From Candidatus Harpocratesius repetitus (lineage in GTDB: Archaea > Asgardarchaeota > Lokiarchaeia > Sigyniarchaeales > Promethearchaeaceae), in NCBI GenBank assembly GCA_021498095.1, contig JAIZWK010000001.1, forward strand, positions 750,001 through 782,000: a DNA stretch of 32,000 bases, in the 5' to 3' direction. Position 1 is the stretch's first letter. Each line of letters starts with the position of its first letter. Position numbers and translations under genes: made by a program. Shown piece after piece: positions 18,128-26,784 of this stretch. The notes beneath the pieces are model-generated. The model saw nothing but the letters and a program-made list of their open reading frames with translations. It was not told where the DNA came from and did no database searches.

Positions 18128-18772
18128 ATGCCTATCGATTTTGAAGGAATCTGTAATGAACTTTTCTCAAAACAACTTATTATTGCTGCTGTTGTTTCAA
18201 GAAAAAATGGAGAGATTGTATATATTTCCCCAAATTGGGAAATTGACCCCTCCGATTTGGCTCAGTGCATAAGTAAATGGCAATCTCATTCACAATTTTT
18301 AAAATTACAAGATGTTAAGTATTCTCTATTAATGAACACTGCTGAATATTTTTCGGGAGTTAACTATAAAGATCGCACTTTCCTTTGTGGTGCTATTTCT
18401 CCTGATCCAGAAGATCAATATGTAGTTATAGGATTTGCCCCTGCAGGGGTTGATGGAAGAAGTGCTTATGTTGATGTTGTACGAGCTGCAAACAAAATGC
18501 GTGAAAGTGGTTCTTATGTTGATGAATCTCAATCATTCGGAAAGTATGATGAAACTCCAGTTCAAGAAGGAACTGATACAGTTTCAGCAGCTAGTTCTTC
18601 TGGAAGTGTAAATCCCGCATTATTAGAGGAGATTAATGGTTTTCTTACGTGGATCAATGATCCAAATGGTCTTGCAGGATATATTCAGTATTATTTAGAT
18701 CAAAATGATGAGACTGTTTTAGCCAAGTTAGCACAAGCTTATCAAGATTTCAGAAATGTATTTGGTTTTTAA
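18128..18772 (+). CDS. Asgard profilin-like protein with C-terminal extension
   Basis: Residues 1-125 follow the Loki-profilin pattern as I recall it: helix, AVVSRKNGEIVYISPNW, LKLQDVKYSLL, two further strands, C-terminal helix. An acidic linker and a ~54-aa helical domain follow. Confidence 0.7.
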   Translation: MPIDFEGICNELFSKQLIIAAVVSRKNGEIVYISPNWEIDPSDLAQCISKWQSHSQFLKLQDVKYSLLMNTAEYFSGVNYKDRTFLCGAISPDPEDQYVVIGFAPAGVDGRSAYVDVVRAANKMRESGSYVDESQSFGKYDETPVQEGTDTVSAASSSGSVNPALLEEINGFLTWINDPNGLAGYIQYYLDQNDETVLAKLAQAYQDFRNVFGF

Positions 18773-18856
18773 ATGAAATAAATGCAAATTTTTTATTAAC
18801 AAATTTTCCTTTTTTTCAAGAAAACTATAAAAAAAATGATGTGGATTGAAATTAAC

Positions 18857-19537
18857 ATGGATTTAACCTTATATGTTAAGCACGATGACGATTTTGTCGA
18901 AACTGAGAAAGTCAAGCCCAATGAACTCTCTCTTGTACTGGACAAAGATAAAAAAGAAATTTTTGTTTATCGTCCAAAAGATCAAATTATCTATGATGAA
19001 TATGAATCTGAAGAACTATATAATCAAATTTTAAACAAATTTCTCAATCCAAATATCATTCTATTATCAAATCTTAAACCATCAGAAAATGAAACAGAAC
19101 AAATTCAAAAAATAAAGGAATTTATTCTTGCAGCCCAGCCTTCTCCTTTCTTGTTCAAAATTGGGAATTTTTTTCAAAATCTTTTTTTATTTAGAAAAAT
19201 TCGTCGCAATATTGAAATATTCCAAAATTATCAACAATCAGGTGTATGGCGTCGTCGACTATCTAATCAAACAAATCTCCGTAAATTAAGCATTTTTAAT
19301 GTTATTTTATCATTAATCATATCAATAATATCAATATTAATAATATTCTTAGCAATTAAACCTATATATTATTCTCATTTTTCCATAGAATCTCTTCAAT
19401 TTTGGTTGGAAAATTTAACAATATATGAAGGATTGATATTCTTCTTTTCACTTGTGTTATTATTTGTCAATTTCATTTTTGTATTGTTTCCATTGAAATT
19501 TCCAATTAAACCAAAAAAATATTCACAACTAAAATAA
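18857..19537 (+). CDS. Two-TM membrane protein with putative degenerate gelsolin-like N-terminal domain
   Basis: LYVKHDDDFVE...LVLDKDKKEIFVYRP...ENETEQ pattern. Hydrophobic stretches at aa ~151-174 and ~197-220 (track numbering). The CDS itself is well supported; the fold call is tentative. Confidence 0.45.
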   Translation: MDLTLYVKHDDDFVETEKVKPNELSLVLDKDKKEIFVYRPKDQIIYDEYESEELYNQILNKFLNPNIILLSNLKPSENETEQIQKIKEFILAAQPSPFLFKIGNFFQNLFLFRKIRRNIEIFQNYQQSGVWRRRLSNQTNLRKLSIFNVILSLIISIISILIIFLAIKPIYYSHFSIESLQFWLENLTIYEGLIFFFSLVLLFVNFIFVLFPLKFPIKPKKYSQLK

Positions 19538-19611
19538 AGTTACTAATTAAGCTATAGGCGGATATTTTTTCTATAAAAATTAAAAGCGATTATTTTCACA
19601 TCACCTATAAC

Positions 19612-20565
19612 TTGAATTTTAATTCGAATGCTTTGGGTAAATATTCTTCTTCAAATGATTTATTTTCAGAGAAATGTCCTTATTGCCTAAAAGAAGAAAG
19701 CATTGTAGATCCCCAACGGGGTGAACGAATTTGTTCGAATTGTGGTACAATTCTTGAATCAAGATTAATCGATTCTCAGGCAGAATGGAGAGATTTTCAT
19801 CAAGATATCAATAATTCAAGATCTCGGGTTGGGTTACCATCATCTTTAATACTTCATGATAAAGGTCTACCAACCGTAATAGATAGTCGAGATTATGATG
19901 CAAAAGGACAAAAACTATCACCTCGAAATCGTCAAATGGCTTATAAGTTAAGAAAGTGGCAGATACGTCTTAATATCCAAACTTCTAGAGATCGAAATCT
20001 CTCTATTGCAATGTCAGAACTAATTCGTGTTTCATATCAATTAAATCTAACAAAATTAGTTCAAGAAACCGCTGCTTTATTATATAGAAGATCTGTTGAT
20101 ATGAATATCATAAAGGGAAGAACAATTGAAAGTATGGTTGCTGCATCATTATATACATCTTGTCGACTATTAAACATTCCAAAATCATTAGATGAAATTT
20201 GTGATATAACTTCGGTAACAAAACATGATTTAAGCAAGAGTTATAGAGTAATTGTTCATTACATGCATTTACGTATACCAACGATTATTCCTGCTCGTTT
20301 TGTATCAAAATTTGCTCATGTTTTAAAAATATCTCCTGAATCTCAATATCAAGCAGCAAAAATTCTGCGTTTTGCTCAGCAAAAAGGTATTACTTCTGGG
20401 AAAGATCCAAGTAGTCTTGCGGCAGCATCATTATATTTAGCAACTCTTTTATCAGGAGAAAACAAAACCCAAAAAGAAATTGCTGAAGTTGCTAAAATTA
20501 CTGAGGTAACAGTTAGAAACCGCTACAAAGAGCTAATGAATTCACTAAACTTAAAAATTAATTAA
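19612..20565 (+). CDS. tfb: Transcription initiation factor IIB (TFB)
   Basis: Zn ribbon CPYC...CSNCG, EWR B-reader, two cyclin repeats (GRTIESMVAASLY; GKDPSSLAAASLY), TEVTVRNRY. Confidence 0.97.
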   Translation: MNFNSNALGKYSSSNDLFSEKCPYCLKEESIVDPQRGERICSNCGTILESRLIDSQAEWRDFHQDINNSRSRVGLPSSLILHDKGLPTVIDSRDYDAKGQKLSPRNRQMAYKLRKWQIRLNIQTSRDRNLSIAMSELIRVSYQLNLTKLVQETAALLYRRSVDMNIIKGRTIESMVAASLYTSCRLLNIPKSLDEICDITSVTKHDLSKSYRVIVHYMHLRIPTIIPARFVSKFAHVLKISPESQYQAAKILRFAQQKGITSGKDPSSLAAASLYLATLLSGENKTQKEIAEVAKITEVTVRNRYKELMNSLNLKIN

Positions 20566-20620
20566 TTTTAATTATATAAATATTCTTTTAGAAATAGAAA
20601 AAATTTTCATTTGATTTAAC

Positions 20621-20770
20621 TTATATTGCTTTAACTCGTTTTATTACCTGTGGTCGCTTTTTATATAAGACACGAGCACCACAATGTGGGCATTTTACTC
20701 CTGGTAATTGGCTTAATTGCTCTCTGGTGACTTCTTTTTGACAATCTTTACTTGCACATACATAGACCAT
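20621..20770 (-). CDS. rpo12: DNA-directed RNA polymerase subunit P (Rpo12); absent from the ORF track
   Basis: Hand translation MVYVCASKDCQKEVTREQLSQLPGVKCPHCGARVLYKKRPQVIKRVKAI* (49 aa), with the Rpo12 motif CPxCGxRVLYKxR. Confidence 0.9.
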   Translation of the reverse strand: MVYVCASKDCQKEVTREQLSQLPGVKCPHCGARVLYKKRPQVIKRVKAI

Positions 20771-20818
20771 ATTTCTTTAAATATCGGATAAAGTTTAAAT
20801 TTTTCGATATAATCAAAT

Positions 20819-21364
20819 TCAAGAAACTAATAGGATATTTTCGAAATCTTCCGGATTTTTGGTAGTTTGGAGAATATTCAATATGGGAACTCTATGTAAC
20901 TCCATGTGGTGTATAAAAAATTCATAAGGCCAATATCCAATAATATAATCTTCTTGAGACTTAAGACGGGCGATTAAATAACCTTCTCTTATCTCATTTT
21001 CAAACTTTTTTTTATTAGAAGTTGATTCGCTGGAGGGTTGTTTTTCTTCTTTTTTTATCACTTTTTTTTTTGTTCGTAGTAGAATATAGTAATTTTGGAT
21101 TTGCATTTCTTTAATTTGACCATATGTAATTACTTCTACTATGTTATTAAGTGAATAGGCTTTTTTTTTTCGAGTTAGTTCATTATAATTCATTAAAAAA
21201 TTTTGAAAATTATCAAATGATTCAACCAATTCAGTATGATAAAAGAAGGTTAGATTCCAATTTTTATCGATTTCATATCCCTTTCCTTTAAAATATACCT
21301 TAAACACACCGTCTTCTTTAAGATCTCCTTTGAGATCATTTTTGGGATCTTCTAGCTTCTTCAT
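20819..21364 (-). CDS. Hypothetical protein
   Basis: 181-aa ORF filling the space between rpo12 and the HD gene; no motif recognised. Confidence 0.7.
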   Translation of the reverse strand: MKKLEDPKNDLKGDLKEDGVFKVYFKGKGYEIDKNWNLTFFYHTELVESFDNFQNFLMNYNELTRKKKAYSLNNIVEVITYGQIKEMQIQNYYILLRTKKKVIKKEEKQPSSESTSNKKKFENEIREGYLIARLKSQEDYIIGYWPYEFFIHHMELHRVPILNILQTTKNPEDFENILLVS

Positions 21365-21470
21365 TTTCTTTGGTAATAAATGTGGGCTGATAACTTAAGA
21401 ATTTTTGTGGATTCTATTCTGAAATCGAAGCTTTTTAAAAAAAAGAGTTCACAACATAATATGAGAGCAA

Positions 21471-22736
21471 GTGTCAAAAAACACACAAAAAATTTTAAAA
21501 ATTAACGATCCAATTCATGGATTTGTAATATTTCCCAATTTTATACGTAAAATCGTTGATTCAAAAGAAATTCAACGATTAATGCGAATTCGACAACTTT
21601 CTGGAACTAATCATGTATTTCCTGGTGCAAATCATACAAGATTTGAACATTCGTTAGGTGTGGCTGCTTTAGCTCAACGTCTTTTAAATAATTTAGTTAC
21701 TTATCATGGTGTGGATCTTTCTTCTGATGATATAAACAACTGTGTGATTGCTGCTCTCTGTCATGATGTCGGCCATGGTCCTTTCTCTCATAATTTTGAA
21801 AGTATCTTACTAAAGTACAATAATCGAGATCATGAAGATTATACGGAATGGATTATAACCGACTCAGAATTAGGTGATATCATTAATAATCTAGGCTATG
21901 ATAAAAAATTCATTGCTGATGTAGCTACAGGTAGAATTCTTTCAAAAGGAAATACTAAAGGAGCATTAATTTCACAAATTCTCACCAGTGCAGTAAATGT
22001 AGATTCTATGGATTACTTGCTTCGTGATAATTATCACTGTGGAACTGAAGGAAGACCTGTGGACATAAATCGTCTTCTTCTTTCTATTGATCAATTGAAT
22101 GAAACTATTTTAGGAATTGATATTAATGCATTGATTGCTCTCGAAGGTTACCTTTTATCGAGAATAAGTTCATTTCGTACTATTTATTTCCATAAAACCT
22201 GCCGCGCAGTTCAAATTATGCTATCAGAAGCAATTGATCAACTAGTACAAGAAAAAAGAATTTTAGATTATCACACTCCAGATGATTATACACAATGGGA
22301 TGATTATGTTCTTTGGACAGAATTAATTCGATCAAAAAGTGCCAAACCTATGATTCAAGCAATTCAAAAGCGTGAATTACTAAAAAGTTGTTATGAATCT
22401 CGAATTGAGATGGCTGATCTTAAAATTAATATTATTGAAATTAAGGAAAAATTATCAGAAAGATCAAAGATTCCAATAAAAAATATTTTTATTGATCTTC
22501 CCAGTTCACCAAATGTTCCATATAATCATATCAGTCAAACCCGTCCGAATGAAATTTATACCTTTAAACGAACTGGGAATGGTGAAAAAAAATTAGTTAA
22601 ACTTGAAGATTACTCTCTTTTTTTTAATCATTTTAAGGGTCACCTTCAATTAATTCGAGTATACACGTGGCCTAAATACCGTGTTCAATTAGGTCGTACA
22701 TGTAAAGAAATACTCGGTAAACCGAAATTCAGTTAA
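21471..22736 (+). CDS. HD-domain phosphohydrolase (dNTPase/SAMHD1-like)
   Basis: DPIHG, RLMRIRQL, HTRFEHSLG, HDVGHGPFSH, DYLLRD, VYFHK-like IYFHK. Confidence 0.9.
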   Translation: MSKNTQKILKINDPIHGFVIFPNFIRKIVDSKEIQRLMRIRQLSGTNHVFPGANHTRFEHSLGVAALAQRLLNNLVTYHGVDLSSDDINNCVIAALCHDVGHGPFSHNFESILLKYNNRDHEDYTEWIITDSELGDIINNLGYDKKFIADVATGRILSKGNTKGALISQILTSAVNVDSMDYLLRDNYHCGTEGRPVDINRLLLSIDQLNETILGIDINALIALEGYLLSRISSFRTIYFHKTCRAVQIMLSEAIDQLVQEKRILDYHTPDDYTQWDDYVLWTELIRSKSAKPMIQAIQKRELLKSCYESRIEMADLKINIIEIKEKLSERSKIPIKNIFIDLPSSPNVPYNHISQTRPNEIYTFKRTGNGEKKLVKLEDYSLFFNHFKGHLQLIRVYTWPKYRVQLGRTCKEILGKPKFS

Positions 22737-22808
22737 AATTCTTTTGATTAATGAATGTATTCGTACAATATCAAAGTTTATTGCTAATGTGGAATACTTT
22801 TTATCAGT

Positions 22809-25187
22809 ATGGCTAAAAAATCTCGTCCTCCCTATCTCGGTAAGGTTTGCTTATTTTGGTGTGATAATTGTGATTTACCCCTATTTGATAATTATCCTTG
22901 TAACCGATGCCATTCTTCTCCAAGACAAGTAAAAATATCACCTCCTGGAGATGTCCGTCCTGCATTTTTTCATGATTATCAACTTTTACAAAAAGTAATA
23001 AATAGGGATTATGGTTTAATTGGAGAAGTACTTTTTCCAAGTAATAAAGTGATGTTATTAAACCGAATTGGAGGGGTTGACCGTACAGACGAAGTTATTA
23101 TATCGGGACAAGTTGTAGGACAGTTTTATTATGACCCATTCAAAATGGATTATTTCTTCCATCCACGATTGATTGGTGGAAAAATGATTTCTGACATTTA
23201 TTCTTCCGTAATGCAGCATAAATCATCATTGTTTGCACAACCAAAATCTATTTGGCTTAATGGTGATGGTGAATCTTTTTATTATCAAGGAAAATCTATA
23301 TTAGTTCCTGGAGTTTACAATTATTCTCAAGATATTAAAGTGGATGATTATATCTTGGTTTATTCAGCGGATTCTGGAAATTATATTGGAATTAGTGTAG
23401 CAAAAGCCTCTTCACAAGAAATCTCCGCTATGATAAAATCTGGTCGTGGGAACGTGGCAAAAAATCGTTTTCATATAAAATCTGCTTCTGAGACTCTCTT
23501 TTTTTCTCAAAATATAAAAGAAAAGATTAAAAATTCAAAAGATTTAAGCAAATTTCATGACTCAACTAATTCCAGCTCAAAGAGCACTACAAACACTTTA
23601 AACACTTCAAAAATCTCAGATATTTCCCTTACTCCATTTTTCACAGAGAATGCTGAAGAAATCAAAAAAATGAATACTATCTTTTCTATTAACATTAGTC
23701 AAAATTATCTTGGCAAAAACTTAGATACTGAATCACTCGAATTTATTAATCCAGAGCATTCCAAATGGTTAAATTCCCTTCTTTCATCCACTCAACTATT
23801 AATTCATCAACAAAATCTCCTAAATCTTTATCGAATTTATTTTGCAAATTATTCATTTATTCAAGAAAAGATTTCTAAAGCTATCAAATTTATACGAAAA
23901 ACTGTAAAAAATGTAAACAAACCTCCTGCTGTTGCATATTCGGGAGGTAAAGACAGTTTGGCCGTTCTTCTACTCGTTTATCGCGCTCTTGGGCCTAAAT
24001 TTAAAATCTTTTTTGCAAATACAGGCATAGAATTACCAGAAGTTGAAGAAAATGTCCAAAAAGTAGCCGAAGTCCTTAAGATGGAGGATAAACTGTTAGT
24101 TAAAAATGCTGGACGAACCTTTTGGGAATTATTACCTAGTTTCGGCCCTCCAGGAAGAGACTATCGATATTGTTGTCATTCACTCAAAGCCAAGCAAATA
24201 ATGAGCTTGATTCAAGAATTATATAATGGAAAGAAAGTGTTGAGTTTTCTCGGACAACGGCAGTATGAATCGTTAAATCGGGCTCAATCTAAGAGAATTT
24301 ATGTGAATACATTCATTCCACTTCAAATTGCAGCAACACCCATTAAAGATTGGATTTCGCTCTTTTTATGGGTTTTTATTGTATGTGAACCTGTATTTGC
24401 TCACAATAGTGATCAAAATCAAATAATACTCGATATTCCCATCACACCCCTATATTTTTCTGGACATGAAAGACTTGGATGTTATCTCTGTCCAGCATCG
24501 AATTTGGCCACCTTTGATTTACTTCAAGAGACTCATCCTATTCTACATTCTGAATGGTTCTCTTACTTAACTAATTATGCTGAAAAATATGGACTTCCTG
24601 CTGAATGGGTTAAATATGGTTTATGGCGGTATAAAAAACTACCTCCACAGTGGAGAAATTTACTTACTGAAAAAAAAATTCAATATCAGTTTCATAACCC
24701 TTCCCCCAATCATGATCTTCAAATCTCCATAACTAAAGGTTTTTCTCCATGTCTTCAGACAGGATATTCTGTTAAAGGGCGATTTTCTCAAGTTATTGAG
24801 TTAGCTCATTTAGTCGATTTTCTTCCCGCATTAACCTCTGAATTTGAATATGATAAAGAAATTGATGTTATATCAGGTCGTGGCTCTTACAAAAAGCTTA
24901 AGTATCGTTTCAACCTTTTTTCGGATGGGTCAATATTTCTTTTAAGTCCAGAGCGCAATTTTGATTATCAATCATGGTTTCAATATTTGTTCACAACTGT
25001 CTATCGTTCTTTCTTTTGTAATCAGTGTGAAACATGTATTAACGTATGTCCCACACACGCCATCAAGCTCACAGATTCTCAAATTATTATAAACCCTACA
25101 GTATGTACTTCGTGTAAAATGTGCATTTCTCATTGTCCCTATTTTCAAATTGGAAAATCTGTAGTGAATCGTTTATTCTTGAACTAA
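22809..25187 (+). CDS. Archaeal PAPS/APS-reductase-like protein with Zn ribbon, PUA domain and C-terminal 2x[4Fe-4S] domain
   Basis: CDNC...CNRC, DVRPAF, PUA (GKSILVPG), AYSGGKDS, YCCHSLK, RLGCYLCP, CNQCETCINVCP/CTSCKMCISHCP. Confidence 0.88.
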   Translation: MAKKSRPPYLGKVCLFWCDNCDLPLFDNYPCNRCHSSPRQVKISPPGDVRPAFFHDYQLLQKVINRDYGLIGEVLFPSNKVMLLNRIGGVDRTDEVIISGQVVGQFYYDPFKMDYFFHPRLIGGKMISDIYSSVMQHKSSLFAQPKSIWLNGDGESFYYQGKSILVPGVYNYSQDIKVDDYILVYSADSGNYIGISVAKASSQEISAMIKSGRGNVAKNRFHIKSASETLFFSQNIKEKIKNSKDLSKFHDSTNSSSKSTTNTLNTSKISDISLTPFFTENAEEIKKMNTIFSINISQNYLGKNLDTESLEFINPEHSKWLNSLLSSTQLLIHQQNLLNLYRIYFANYSFIQEKISKAIKFIRKTVKNVNKPPAVAYSGGKDSLAVLLLVYRALGPKFKIFFANTGIELPEVEENVQKVAEVLKMEDKLLVKNAGRTFWELLPSFGPPGRDYRYCCHSLKAKQIMSLIQELYNGKKVLSFLGQRQYESLNRAQSKRIYVNTFIPLQIAATPIKDWISLFLWVFIVCEPVFAHNSDQNQIILDIPITPLYFSGHERLGCYLCPASNLATFDLLQETHPILHSEWFSYLTNYAEKYGLPAEWVKYGLWRYKKLPPQWRNLLTEKKIQYQFHNPSPNHDLQISITKGFSPCLQTGYSVKGRFSQVIELAHLVDFLPALTSEFEYDKEIDVISGRGSYKKLKYRFNLFSDGSIFLLSPERNFDYQSWFQYLFTTVYRSFFCNQCETCINVCPTHAIKLTDSQIIINPTVCTSCKMCISHCPYFQIGKSVVNRLFLN

Positions 25188-25273
25188 ATTAATCCCAATA
25201 AAAGACAAAAAGAAGCTGAAAAATAATCAACAAAAAGGATTAATGGTTATCTGCTCTATAAAATAGTGATTTA

Positions 25274-26581
25274 ATGCAAAATTTTCCTGATAATCAAGAA
25301 TTACAACTTGTTAAAAAGCGTAACTTAGTGATTTTATTTTTAATGAATTTAATTCAAGGATTTGGCTTTTCGCTATTTTCAGTGGTGTATCAACCGTTTC
25401 TATTCCAAATTACTGGTTCAACAACGATGATAGGATTAATTGTAACAATCGGAGGTATAATGCAATTTCTTCCTCAACATTTAGCAGGGAAATTTTCTGA
25501 TCGACATGGACGAAAGATAATGATAGGAATTGGCTTGTTGGTTATAGCAGTTGGGTTGATTCCATTGAGTTTTTCAACGAGTTTGATTTTTGTTGTCATT
25601 GGCAGCGTTTTTTTTTACTTAGGGTTTGGAATCTTAGATCCTTCTTTACAAAATTTTGTGAATGAAAATAGTGCTCAAAAACGGGGAGGTTTTTCCTATG
25701 GTTTAATGTTTTTCTCTTATTTTGGAGGGAATATTGGAGGAAATTTATTGATTACATCATTGGGTGAAGATTACACTGCCCAATTTTATTTTCAGATTTT
25801 GATTTATATAATTTTGGTTGAATGGTTGCTTCAATTTATATTTCTTAATGATCAGTGGCATCGAATAATCAAGGGTAAAATAGATCAAATGGATAAAACA
25901 CTAAGTGTTTATTCATTAAGCGGGCAAGAACTTAAAATGGAAATATTAAATGGAAAACAATTAGCTAAACAGCCCGATTTTCACCCTACACAGATTTCTA
26001 TAGTGAAAATTATTTTTAATAACAAGAAAGTGAGAAATTCTATCATATTTTTTACCATGGATACCTTTTTTTGGGGAACTTCTTTAGCCATTTACAATGG
26101 TGGATTAGTCGCAAACTATAATTTAAGTAAGGAAGATTTGGCAGTTCTACTCTTAATATTTAATATCTCAAATTTAGTTTTGCAAATACCTGCAGGACAT
26201 TTTGTAGATAAAATTGGTAAACGGAAGGCATTAATTCTGAGTGAATCGATAGGATTGATTTTCTTCTTTTTGAATATTGTTTCTTGGCTTTTTCAAGATC
26301 AAATTCTTATGCCTTTATTGATAATTGCTCAAATAATGTTCGGATTTTTAGTTGCTTTATTTATTCCTGCAATGTTCATGGTTACAACGAACTTGGATGA
26401 GCATAGAACAGCTGAAGCATATGGAGTAGTGAGTGTTGTAAAAGGGTTAGCTTTTATGCCGACAGGTCTTCTTGGTGGTCTTTTAATTGATCATGTGCAT
26501 TATATAGCCCCTTTTATCTTCACAATTGTTGGAATTTTTATAGAACTTTGGTTTTTAGTTAAGTTTTATCCTCAAGATTAA
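25274..26581 (+). CDS. MFS transporter
   Basis: About 12 hydrophobic segments; motif A GKFSDRHGRK and repeat GHFVDKIGKR. Confidence 0.9.
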   Translation: MQNFPDNQELQLVKKRNLVILFLMNLIQGFGFSLFSVVYQPFLFQITGSTTMIGLIVTIGGIMQFLPQHLAGKFSDRHGRKIMIGIGLLVIAVGLIPLSFSTSLIFVVIGSVFFYLGFGILDPSLQNFVNENSAQKRGGFSYGLMFFSYFGGNIGGNLLITSLGEDYTAQFYFQILIYIILVEWLLQFIFLNDQWHRIIKGKIDQMDKTLSVYSLSGQELKMEILNGKQLAKQPDFHPTQISIVKIIFNNKKVRNSIIFFTMDTFFWGTSLAIYNGGLVANYNLSKEDLAVLLLIFNISNLVLQIPAGHFVDKIGKRKALILSESIGLIFFFLNIVSWLFQDQILMPLLIIAQIMFGFLVALFIPAMFMVTTNLDEHRTAEAYGVVSVVKGLAFMPTGLLGGLLIDHVHYIAPFIFTIVGIFIELWFLVKFYPQD

Positions 26582-26784
26582 TTATTAAATCAAATTTTTA
26601 AAAAAAATAATTATTTGAATAGATTAGAGCGATCAAGCGATTAAGCAATTATTTGATCAACTAATGCAGTTATTAATTTATCAATTTTATACGAATTTGC
26701 TACATAACGATAATATAGATTTGCATTTTATAGAAAAAGTAAAAAAAATTTTCTTTTCGTGTAAATATAAGAATTAAAAAAAAA

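Noticed and set aside
23470-23850. Insertion in the PAPS-reductase-like gene as an intein
   Set aside because: No N-terminal C/S block, no terminal HN-[CST] and no LAGLIDADG motif.
26628-26651. Three 8-bp repeats AGCGATCA/AGCGATTA/AGCAATTA between convergent MFS genes
   Set aside because: Too short and degenerate, with no spacers; not CRISPR and plausibly chance.
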